From contig JAPMXV010000014.1 in assembly GCA_026936335.1 (NCBI GenBank), forward strand, positions 36,708 to 100,707: 64,000 bases of DNA, in the 5' to 3' direction. Position 1 is the stretch's first letter. The number at the start of each line of letters is the position of its first letter. The DNA is from Mantamonas sphyraenae STR306 (lineage: Eukaryota; Protista; CRuMs). Under the pieces are notes generated by a model. That model was not told the DNA's origin. It saw nothing but the letters and a program-made list of their open reading frames with translations, and did no database searches. Position numbers and translations under genes: made by a program. Positions 12,321 through 23,200 of this stretch are shown here, piece after piece.

Positions 12321-14020
12321 ATGTCCAGCCGAACAGCGACTGTGGTGGCATCTGTGCTCCTGGTGTGTCTGGCAGCGTGTGTGGTGTGTGACAACGTGGT
12401 CACCCTGACCGACGACAACTTTGACGATATGACCAAGGACGGCGCCTGGCTGGTGAAGTTGTACGTGTGCGCGATTCCGGCCGCCGCGCCCTCACGGCAA
12501 GAGGGGCAGACATCGGAATACATCCAACCCGTGCTGACACGTTTATGAACATGCTGCGCGTAAACACGTGCCATGTGTGCTGCGTGGATTGCCTCCGTTG
12601 GTGCCGTGTTGGGTCCACTTTGCGCTGACGTCAGCTACGCCCCGTGGTGTGGCCACTGCAAGCGCCTGGCTCCCATCTTTGAGGAGGCTGCAGGCAAGCT
12701 GGGTGGCAAAGTGCGCCTGGGCAAGGTCGATTGCACTGTGGAATCGGGTCTGGCCAGTCGCTTCAACGTCCGTGGCTACCCCACCGTCAACTTGTGCGTT
12801 GTTGGAAACATCCCATGCGACGGCGCCATACGCACCACGCCTCCCCAACCTCGCCCTGCCTGCAACACACAGCGCTGACACACGTTTTGGCATTAACAAC
12901 CGCCGTCGCCGTGTGCACCCTTCCACCACGCATCGATGGTCTCACAGTATCCGTGGCGAGTCTGTGAAGCAGTACACTGGCGGTCGCACAGTGGATGCCA
13001 TCACGCGTTACTGCGAGAGCATGGCTGGGTGGGTTTTCTCTGCTCCCCAGCACACGCCGATGAGGCAAATCACACACAGGCAACTGACACACATGCGCAC
13101 ACACGGTGCACCCTTTCATCCACAGCCCTGCTGCCTCGAGCATGGCCCTGAACGAGCTGGACGGCTGGCTGAAGAGCCCGAGCAACAAGTTTGTGCTGCT
13201 GAGCACGGACGAGGAAGACCAGCGCGTGTTTACTGGCGTGGCAGAGAACTACCAAGGCGGCAGTCTTGAATTTGCCATGGCCAAGGATAGCGCTGCCGGC
13301 TTTGCCAAGGCCCTGCAGGTGGAGGCAGGCACCAAGCTGGTGGCCGTCACCGACGAGGGCAACTTTGCCATGGACGACGAGTCGCTGGACAGCCAAAGCA
13401 TCGACAAGTTTGTGCGCACCTACCAATTCCCGCTGGTGAGCGAGATTGGCAGTGCCAACTTCCGCGAGTTGACCTCCCAGGGCGTGCTGACCATCATTGC
13501 CGTCGTCAACCCGGACGATGCCAAGAAGACACCTCCGTTCCTTGAGCTGACCCGTGAATTGGCCCGCAAGAACCGCGGTGGTCGTTTTGTGTTTGCCTGG
13601 ATCAACGGTGCCCAGTGGAGCGAGTATGTGGCTCGTTTCGACATCACCCCGGAGCTGTTCCCTCGCATGCTGGCCCTGGATGCGCCCGCAAACCGCTTCT
13701 TTGGCGACCTGGACATCAGTGAACAGACAGTGGCCGCGTACAGCACGTGGTTGGACACGGTGGAGCAGCAGAACGAGGATGCAAAGACCTTCTTTGGCAA
13801 CCTTCTGGACATGGGTGGCAAGGCTGTGCGTGCAGCCAAGAAGAACCTGCTGGCCACCGCGGGCTTCCTTGCCCTCTTTGTGGTTGCCATCTACCTCTGC
13901 TTCACCGCCCTCGACGAGGAGCCCCTGCCCGCCAGCAAGGCCGAGGCCAGCAAGAACGCAGCCGCCAAGGAAGCAGCTGCCACTGAGGAGAAGGGCACCG
14001 AGGCCAAGAAGGAGGACTAA
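12321..14020 (+). CDS. TMX3-like membrane protein disulfide isomerase (several introns)
   Basis: Signal peptide, [25 protein letters not shown], b/b'-like domains, a C-terminal TM segment and a KKED ER-retrieval tail. Confidence 0.9.
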
Positions 14021-14099
14021 GAGCATCATTGTATCTGCAACAGGGTATGGAGTGTGAATGAAGCCTGGTTTTGCATTCTCCTACCGCCCGTTCTCCTGC

Positions 14100-17000
14100 T
14101 CATCCACGCGCGTTGATGCCGGTGAAGCGGATGACAGGCCCCTCGTCGGTGTCATGCACCTCAAAGTTGTTGTTGAACTCTTCGGTGGAGAAAAAGTCGT
14201 TGATGCTCTCGATGTTGTAACTTGCGGCGCGGCTTTCAAACTCGCGCTGATCGAGATCGATGCTGCTTGGCAGGCTGTAGCTGTCGCCACGCTCGCGGCC
14301 AACCAGGGTCAGGTAATCGAGTTTGTCCTTGACCATGGTGTTGAGCACGTGCAGCAACAGCTGGTTCGTCTCTGTGTTGAGGTACTGGTACTTGCGGAAG
14401 CTCTGTTCCAGCGAACGCATGATGGCAAAGCGCTGCGCCTGGATGAACGAACGCACGCTGACTTTGATGGCCAGGTCCACGTCTGTCGACGCCACAAGGT
14501 CGCTGAGACGCATGCGTGCGCTGGCCTCGGCAATGCGGATGATCGACTCCACGTGGCGCACCGTCATCGGCATGCCTCCCGACTTGCTCTTTTTGCGCAG
14601 GTCTGCATACAGCTGGCTGATGCGGTCCTTGTCCACCTGGTTCAGCTTTGGGTGCACATGCCTCTTGGCGTACTGCAGGTACTTGCGCAGCGTCTCCTGG
14701 TCCAATTCGCCAGACGACGACGACGACGACGACGATGAGGAAGAAGAGGAGGACGAAGATGACGAAGATGATGACGACGACGACATCGTCATTCCTTCTT
14801 CTTCCATGCCCATGCCCGTCTGCTGGGCGCGCTCCTTGACGGCTGTCGGGTGCGATGAGCGGTGCGAGTTGACGACAAAGTCGGCCAGGCGCTCGTCGTT
14901 GGCACGGTTGACACTGTCGCGTACGACGCAGACAATGTCAAAGCGCGAGAGAATGGGTTCGGTGAGTTCGACGTTTTGGTCGAGGGACAACTGCGGGTTG
15001 TAGCGTCCTCCCTTGGGGTTTGCGGCAGCAATGACGGAACAGCGCGCCTGCAGAGTGGTCACAATGCCTGCCTTGGACACAGAAATGCTCTGCTGTTCCA
15101 TGGCTTCGTGGATACTCGTGCGGTCCTGGTCGTTCATCTTGTCAAACTCGTCAATCAGGCACACGCCACGGTCGGCAAGCACCATGGCGCCGCCCTGCAA
15201 CACCCACTCGTGCGTGATGGCGTCCTTGTTCACCGAGGCTGTGAGACCCACAGCAGAGGCACCCTGACCCGTGGCAAACACTGCACGCGGCGCCGTCTTT
15301 TCCGTAAACTTGAGGACCTGCGACTTGGCCGTTCCCGGGTCGCCCACAAGCAGCACGTTGATGTCACCACGGATGCGATGCTTGCCTGCAATGTCCTTGG
15401 GCTCGCCGCCAAAGAGGGCACACGCCACGGCGGTTTTGATGTCCTCGCTGCCATAGATGGACGGGGCAATGCTGTTGATGATGCGCGTGCGAATATCCGG
15501 CTCCTCGGCCAGAGCACGGATGGCCGCCTCGTCCTCGTTGCTCAAGGCAGACTGTGCGTACAGATCCTCGTGTCGCTCCACATGGTTGGCCTCAATGATG
15601 GTTGCAAACACGGGGAAGCCGTTGCGCGTGTTGAGCGACAGATCAAAGTTGTTGCGGTAGATGCCCGTGACGCTGACATCCTCGCCCGGACGGCAGCAGT
15701 CGATCAGATCGGCCAAAAGAATGACCTCTTTGGAGCGTGGCACACGGCCAGCTGGCACAGAGCCAGGCGACTCCTGCAACGTGATCTTCTGATAGTTGCC
15801 GTACACAGTCTGCTCGTTGTTCACTGTAAACGGTCCCCGCGACTGACACTCGGGACAAGAGCCAATCTTAATTTCCGTGGACGAGTTTTGTGCAAAGGGG
15901 ACCCAGCACATAGCCACAGCGACCGCAATCAAACTTGACTGCCTTGAGCTGCGGAAACACGCCTGTACGTCGTGTCACCACGCCCGAAACGCGGATCAGA
16001 CCTGCGAGAGAAGAAGAAGGAGGGAAGGGGCGTGTGTGTGTGTGTGTTAGAGAGAGAGAGAGAAAGAGATGGGTGGAGAGATGGCATGCACAGGCGGCAA
16101 GAGAACAAGGGGGCCACTCACTGTTCAGATGTGTCTGACGAATGTCACGCAGGGCGTCTGCAATGGGCAGGTCCGAGATGCGCACGTAGACATTGCTGTG
16201 GATGCGTGCATATTCGGGAGAGGACTGAAACACAACGGCTTCTAGGGCCTCGTCAAAGGGAGGAAGGATGAGGGCCGGATGTTCAGCCAGCCACATGCTG
16301 AGCAGCGGGTCGAACGCGCTCAGATGAAGATAGGAGACAGCGAGACTCTGTTCAAAGTTGGCAGTCATGGCATGCACTCGCTGTGCGTAGATGGCCTTGT
16401 CCTCACGGTCGCCCGGCAGGGAGAAGGTCTTGAAAAAGGTCACAAAGGCGTCGTAGATGGCCGTCTGTGTGGCGTCCTGCAGCAGCCAGTCCTTGACTGC
16501 GCCCTTGACATTGTCCATGCGGAAGCCCTGGTAGGTGCCTTCGTGTCCATCGTCGTCTGCATCTCCGTCGCCCATGTCTTCCTCGTCCATGGCGTCGCTG
16601 CCCTCCGCGGCACGTTCTGCACGCGCCCGTCGTGCTCTGCGTCCACCCATCCCTTCGTTGTCCTCGTCAAAGAACGCCGCTGGCATGCGTGGGTTGTGAA
16701 TGCGTCGCTGTGCAGACGTCTGCTCCATCGCCTCTTCTGCCGCTTGACTGTGCACGCGCAACGCCCCGTGTCCCGTGGTTGATGTTGATGCGAGACATGT
16801 GTGAGCCCTCTCTCCATCTTGCCACACACACCCTGTGCTTGCTGCACAACACTGCGTGCATGCAATCGCCTCTATTGCACCCTCTCCATCCTCTCCTTTG
16901 TCCTCATTGTCGCTCTGCCCCGTCCCCACGCGCCCGACAAGTGGGTCGAAAAATCGATGGTACCCTCCCAACTCACCGCTGTGCTGCCGTCATGGCCCCG

Positions 17001-17648
17001 TAGTCGCGGTCGTCCACACCCTCGCTCTCAAAATAGTCCAGCTCGGCACGTGCGCCATAGTCTCTGTGGGATGTCCGTGTCAAAACAGTGTCAGTTTTGT
17101 GTCCGTGTGTACAGGCGCATGTGCGCTCGAAACGCGTGTCACGGGCTGGGGCCTGATCATTGCAATTCGGCTCCTCGTTGACAGGTGCCTCGCCGTGCAC
17201 GCCACACACGCATCTCCATGTCCATGTGACGCCACCATGGCATGTGGTGTGCATGTGGCCCGTCTTGTGTCCCGTGTTTGTGTCTGTGCATCACCCGCTT
17301 CACGTACCGTTGCATGGATTCCATCAAATCCTCGCCTTCTTCCTCTTGCTCCAGCGGTTCGCCCTCGCCCAGCTGCTCCACCAGATCGTCCTCCTCGTCT
17401 CGCACAGGCATGGATGTCTCCGACGGCAAATGGCCCATCGATGACGACGATGGCGGCGACGATGTGCCCGGCCTGCGTCCTCGGCGGTTCCCACGTGGAG
17501 CACGAGCCGGCGACGACGATCCAACCGTCCTGCGTCGCTTCTCACGACGACGCCTGCCCCCCTGCGGGCTCGACGACGTTTCCAGCTCCAGGTCGTTTTC
17601 CTCCTCGTCGTCCTCTGGATTGGTTGCACGGCTTCTCTTTGCTGGCAT
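14100..17648 (-). CDS. MCM2: DNA replication licensing factor MCM2 (introns; apparent 1-bp frameshift at ~15897-15900)
   Basis: GEDLMESMQRDY-type N-terminus, VTRRTGVFPQLK, zinc finger C..C...CPECQS, Walker A GDPGTAKSQ, IDEFDKM and the SRFD arginine finger. Confidence 0.97.
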
Positions 17649-17787
17649 CTTCAAAGTGCGCTTTGGGGAAAAAGTGTTGTGTGCGAGAGCGCAGCCCGAC
17701 TCAGCCAGCTGTTCTGTTCCAACAAGCTACGTCGCACAATTCATTTCAGCATCGTTCCATTGCCTGTCTTCTTTCAACACGACACTC

Positions 17788-20181
17788 TCAATCCATCCAT
17801 CCCTTGAGGATGCGCATCAGCTTGCGGAACAGCCTTCCCTCCTTGCTGGAGGAGTGACGGCGTCGGCGGCGCTTCTCCTTCTTCTCCTCCTTCTCCTCCT
17901 CCTCGTTGTGCTCACCTGCGCTGCTGGACGAAGGACCCTGCTGCGCTGCAGGCGTGGGCACGCTGCGCGGAGGCAGAGTGGGCTCGGGCATGGGCACGCT
18001 TGTGGGCTCGGGCTGCGCCTCGGTGGGCAGCTGCACAGAAGGAACAAGCGGAGACGTAAGCATGTTGCTGGCTCGGTGCAGGTCGTTGCACGGCACAGGC
18101 GTCTTGCGGATGTACGGGTACGTGCGCATGGGACGCGGAGACCCGCTCTTCACCGAGGGTCCGTTCACGGGCGAGCGCACAAGCGACTCGCTCGCCTTGA
18201 GCTCGCCATCGTAGTGAGCAAAGCCTGCCACGTTGACACTGCCCCACGACACCGCATCCACGGTCTCGCCTGTGGGCAGCTTCAACACCACAGAGTCGCC
18301 CGAGTTCTTCAGGCTCATCGAATGCTCCACATCGGCCGCCTCGCCGTTTGCCAGGGCTGCAAACTTCTGTTGGTTGCGTGCCACTGTGAAGAAGTTGCCT
18401 GCGCCCAGCACAGTGCCTGCCTCGATGGTCACCAGGTTGTCCGGTTCGCCAATCTGCCAACCGCTCACCACAAGGTCGAAGGGCATCGTGTTGATCACCT
18501 GCACAAACTCCTGGGTGGGTGTGTCGCCCGTCACGTACACCTCGTTGAACACCACCTTGGCCTTCTCCTGCAAAAAGTTGACGTACTTCTGAGCGCTGTG
18601 CACAAGCGTTCCGTCTCGCGACTCACCCTCCACCATCAGCTCCGTCACACCCTGACAGTAGCTGCGTGTGTCCACCGTCACGTAGTACAGCTCCTTGTTG
18701 CGCACCTTGCGCATGCGCAGCTTCTCGTACTGTGCCTCTGCCTCGTTCTCCTCGCCCGTCAGACCCACAAGCAGGTACACACGGTACGGGTCATCCACAG
18801 TCGCGTAGATGGTTGTGCGTCCGCTCAGCACCGCACCGCTCTTCAGGTCAAAGAAGCCTGCGCGTGACTCGCGCTCTGCAAACGGGTTGCCCAGCGACCA
18901 GTCCCGGTTGAACACCTGCTGCGTCCACCACGCGGCGATTTCCTTGTCGTCCATCATCACACCCATCTCTCGGTTGGCTGACGACGGTGTGGACGTCGAA
19001 GAAATCGACGACCCGGCCCAGTTGCCGCTGTACACAAACGTGTACTGGCCGTCCACCACCCAGAACTTGGCGTGCGTAAAGTACAGCGCGTTGGTCGTCT
19101 TGTACACGTCAATGCCCGCGTCAAACATACGCTGCGCCTGCTCGTTCGTGTTGGCGTTCTCCGGGTACGATGCACGGTTGTACGAGATCAACACACGGAT
19201 GTCAATGCCTGCCACACGCTTCTTCAGCGCAATCATCTCGTTCACCAGGGCCGTGTGGCTGATCGAGTAGATTTCCAGGTACACACTCTTCTTGGCGTTG
19301 CGGATGTACTTCAGGATCAGGTCCTCGCTGCTATCCGGGTTGGCAAACGCTGTCAGCTTGCGCTTTCCACGCCACGTCGGGAACGCCGACTTGGGCAGCT
19401 TGTCGTAGTCCGCCACACCCATGTTCATGTCCTCCACTTCGTAGTCCTGGCCCTCCTCCACATCGCTGTCGCCCATCTCCTCCTCGTGGCTCTCCTCCCC
19501 GTCGTCCTGCTCGCTTTCGCTGCTGCTTCCCTCCGCCGCGGCGTTTTCCAACGGCGCCGCTTCAGCCTGCTCTCCGTCCACTGCCATTGCGTCCTCCACG
19601 TTCTCCGCCTTGGTCGACGCTGCCTTCCAATCGTAGTCAAAGATGCGCTGGAAGTACGCGCCCACCTCGGTGTTTGTCACCATCATACCGGCCTCGCGGT
19701 TCGAGCGCAAGCTCTTTTCCGACCAATTCACCGACGAGAGGGCCGCCGTCTTGCCGTCAACAAGCACCAGCTTGTTGTGGTTCCACTTCAGCTGCTCCAT
19801 GTAGCGCACCTCCACCCCCTGGGTCTTGAGGAACTCGCCCACGCGGTCCTTGTCCGCTCCCTTGCGGCCTTCCAGAATCACCCGGACCCGCCTTCTTTTG
19901 GACGCCGCACTAATCAGCGCCTGCACCAGCGGGTGGTCCGCGTAAGTGGCCACGTCAAACTTGCGGATGTACTGCAACTCGACGTCCACCGTCGAGCGAG
20001 CACTCTTGATCAGATCCACCTGCTCATCCTCCGAGTTGTCCGGCGAAAGAAAGGGCTTCAGCACAGACGACGAGCTGCTGCTCACCGCCGCAAAGTTGCC
20101 CGAGTACCGCTGCGCAGCCGCACAGGCCACCAGCAGCACGAGTGCCACCAACACAGTCTGTCTGAGGTTGGTTGTTTGCAT
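17788..20181 (-). CDS. Secreted phospholipase D-family protein (two HKD motifs) with lamin-tail domain
   Basis: Signal peptide, HNKLVLVD and HAKFWVVD motifs with SSVNWS/SGNW and NRE. LTD motif VVFNEVYV..EFVQVIN..VSGWQI..LKNSGDSVVL. Intronless. Confidence 0.85.
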   Translation of the reverse strand: MQTTNLRQTVLVALVLLVACAAAQRYSGNFAAVSSSSSSVLKPFLSPDNSEDEQVDLIKSARSTVDVELQYIRKFDVATYADHPLVQALISAASKRRRVRVILEGRKGADKDRVGEFLKTQGVEVRYMEQLKWNHNKLVLVDGKTAALSSVNWSEKSLRSNREAGMMVTNTEVGAYFQRIFDYDWKAASTKAENVEDAMAVDGEQAEAAPLENAAAEGSSSESEQDDGEESHEEEMGDSDVEEGQDYEVEDMNMGVADYDKLPKSAFPTWRGKRKLTAFANPDSSEDLILKYIRNAKKSVYLEIYSISHTALVNEMIALKKRVAGIDIRVLISYNRASYPENANTNEQAQRMFDAGIDVYKTTNALYFTHAKFWVVDGQYTFVYSGNWAGSSISSTSTPSSANREMGVMMDDKEIAAWWTQQVFNRDWSLGNPFAERESRAGFFDLKSGAVLSGRTTIYATVDDPYRVYLLVGLTGEENEAEAQYEKLRMRKVRNKELYYVTVDTRSYCQGVTELMVEGESRDGTLVHSAQKYVNFLQEKAKVVFNEVYVTGDTPTQEFVQVINTMPFDLVVSGWQIGEPDNLVTIEAGTVLGAGNFFTVARNQQKFAALANGEAADVEHSMSLKNSGDSVVLKLPTGETVDAVSWGSVNVAGFAHYDGELKASESLVRSPVNGPSVKSGSPRPMRTYPYIRKTPVPCNDLHRASNMLTSPLVPSVQLPTEAQPEPTSVPMPEPTLPPRSVPTPAAQQGPSSSSAGEHNEEEEKEEKKEKRRRRRHSSSKEGRLFRKLMRILKGWMD

Positions 20182-20235
20182 TCGAAAAAAAAGGTGTGGC
20201 CGAAACAGCGCTGCGTTTGTTCAGATCCAAAAAAC

Positions 20236-23200
20236 TCACACACGCACACTTCGCTCAAACTCCAGCAGCTGCTCCACACACATGCTATGGCCCAGCTCCG
20301 TGGCCACATCCGCTGCCGTCTGTCCGCGACTGTCCTGCACACCGGGACGTGCTCCAGCGCCCAGCAACTCCACCAGAACGTCCACAGACCCAGCCCGCAC
20401 AGCAAGATGCAACGCCGTCTGTTGCTCCCCGTCCTGTGCGTTGACGTCGCACAATCCTGGGCGGCGCAGCAGCTCGCGCACGCAGTCCAGCGATGGACGT
20501 GCAGCCGCAAGGTGCAGCGCCGTCCTCTCGTGACTGTCCCGCACATTTGCATCCACACCGTTGTACACAAGCACCTCCACAATCTCCACCATACCCTCTG
20601 CACATGCCACATGCAGAGCCGTGTTTCCTTCGTGGTCTGCCACGTGTGCATCACACCCGCCATCCAGAAGCAGCGACACGCTCTTTACGCTTCCGCTCTG
20701 CACGGCTTTGTGCAAGCACGTCTCGCCCAGTGCATTGCTTGCACTCGTGTCTGCCCGAGAATTGATCAGCTGCACGCACACGTTGTGGTGGCCTGCTGCT
20801 GCCGCCTTGTGCAGCGGCGTCTCCCGCTCCTCCTCCACGCAGTTCACTTCGGCGCCCTTTTGGATCAGCAGGTTGATGCACTCCAGCTGCCCTCGCGCAG
20901 CCGCAATGTGCAACGGCTGCACGCCATTCAGAGTGCGTGCATCCACGTCCGCACGGCCCCAGTTGATCAGTGTGCTGACACATCCAATGTGCGATCCTTC
21001 ACACGCTCGATGCAGCGCAGTCTGGCCCCCGTAGTTGGCTCCGTCCACAAGCACGTCTCGTTGTTCCAACAGCACCTTGACCAGTCCCTCACACCCGCTC
21101 GACGCTGCCAAATGCAGCGGATAGTTCCCATCCGCGTCCTGTTCGTGGATCGATGCCCCCTTGGCCAGCAGTGCACGCCCAATTGCCACACGTGCATCCT
21201 CCTTGCCCTGGCGAAGGGCGCAACACACGTGAAGTGCCGTTCGTTCCACCTCGTTCTTCCCATCCACCTTGACTCCCGCCTGGCGCAGCACATCCTGCAC
21301 CTCGTCCACATCCACTCTGCTCACTGCTTCCATCAACGCCTCGTTGGCCGCCTCTGCCTCGCCAAGGCCCATCCCGCTCACGCTGCTCATGTTCAGAAAG
21401 TTGTCTGTGCCAACCACGCTCGTGTTTGTGTTTGTCCTGCTGCCGTCGTCCTCTTCCTGCTCCTCGTCGCTCCATTGGTACATCGACGACACGCTGCTGC
21501 CTCCAAACGACTCGTCCAACACAGAGTCGTTGTACACACGCGAATGGTTCAACTTTTTGGCGGGTGATGCCTGTGCGCCGCGTGTGTTCACGCGCAGCGA
21601 TGGCGATGTCACCACCTCGTCTCCCATCAGGCCGATCATGTTTTGCAGGTTGCTCACGTGCGTTGCATATTCTCGTTCGCTCACGTCTGCCATCTGCCGT
21701 TGTGCACGCAGCTCACGTTCCATCTCCTGCATCTGCATCTGCATCACGCTGACCCGCGATCGGTACTCCGAGCCACTTTCGTCCTCGCCCTGCTCAAACT
21801 CCACTTGGATTTGCTGCTGCAGGTGGAGACACTGGTCCAGCACACGATCGCTTGCTCCTTCCTCCTCCAACATGGCCTTGAGTGACGCGCAACTCTTGGC
21901 CAGCATGTTTCGGTACGCCTGAAACTCTGCCACCTGCTCCCGTGCATTCTCCGCCGCTTGCACCACCTGTGCCTCTACCCTGCGCCTCGCCTGTCGCTCC
22001 TCGTCCAGTTGACCAGGCACCACTGCATCCGACACCACCTCTTGCAGAGTGTCCACCTTGCTCTGCAGCTCTAGCACCCTGCTTTCGTGGTTTCGCTGCT
22101 CCGCATCCAGCTTCTGGCTCAACGCAAGCTTCTCTCGCTCCAACTGAGCCACTTCCCTGCCCAACTGCTCCGTTTCTTGTGCAAACCGCTGCTTTGCCAA
22201 ACGCACTGCGTCCTGCTCCTTCTGCAGCAGCGCTTGGTTCGCACTCAGCGCCCCTTCCAGCCTTGCCCTTTCCTCCTCCAGCTCTCGGTTGCGTGCACTC
22301 ATCTCCTGCACCATGCGCACCTTCCCTGGCGTATCCTCTACAATCCTTTCCACCCCACTGTGCTCCTTGCTAAGCAGCATCTTGTTCACCCGATGATCCG
22401 CCTGCAGCTTTCGAAGCGTCGACGCCATTGCCCCCACTCCGCCACCGCCCACAGATCCCTCTCCCCGTTCACCCAACGCACTTTGCATCTCACGGTCCAG
22501 GCGCCGCAGCCCATCCTCGATCTGTGCACGCACCGTGCGCTCCAGTTCCAACTCTGCAAACAGTGCCTCCTGCTTCGTCTCCGCCTCCACTGCCTTGCGC
22601 TTCCAGTGTCCACTCAACTGTTGCTCGTCGTCCATGAACGACGATGACTCCTCGCTCGCCTTCTCCTCAACTATCCCCCCTCGTGCCAGTGTGCGTGCCC
22701 GTTGCTTCCACATGTCCAGCTCCTCATGCAGCTGGCTGTGTTCGCTCTCAAAGCGGCCAAAGTGCAGCATCACCTTGCCCACAGCCGCAGATTGCTCCTC
22801 TGTCGCTGCTCCACTCTCCTCCACTCCACCGCTACGTTGGCGTCGCATCAGCGCTGTCCTCAGGTTGCGCTTGCATTCTGTCAGTTCTTTCGCCGCACGC
22901 TCCACGGCCTCCCTGCTCGACTCCTTGTCCTGCAGTGTCAAACGCCGTGCCCGTTCCACCTCGTCTTCATCGTTGGCTGCATGTGATTGCAGCTCCATCA
23001 TCTGTTCCCGCGCGCTTTCCAGCTGTTCCTTTGCCTCGCGCAGTTCTGCACGAAGCCTCTGTGTGTCCTGCCTGTGCTGGCTTTCCAACACATTCATCTG
23101 CTCCTTGTGTTGCTGCTCACGTCGCTGCTGCTCCGCTTCCATCTCTCCACGGATGCTCTCGCGCTGCTTGTCCATCTGTTTGCGCAGCGACATCCGCTCC

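Noticed and set aside
14713-14790. Poly-Ser insertion in MCM2
   Set aside because: A trinucleotide expansion in a variable loop; similar Ser/Gly/Asp runs occur in many genes here.
15897-15900. Frameshift in MCM2 (LGP|FAQN), and similar ones at ~278, ~5560, ~5840 and ~25195, as programmed frameshifting or pseudogenes
   Set aside because: They fall in short homopolymer or simple-repeat runs, and MCM2 is essential and otherwise intact. Long-read indel errors are the simplest explanation.
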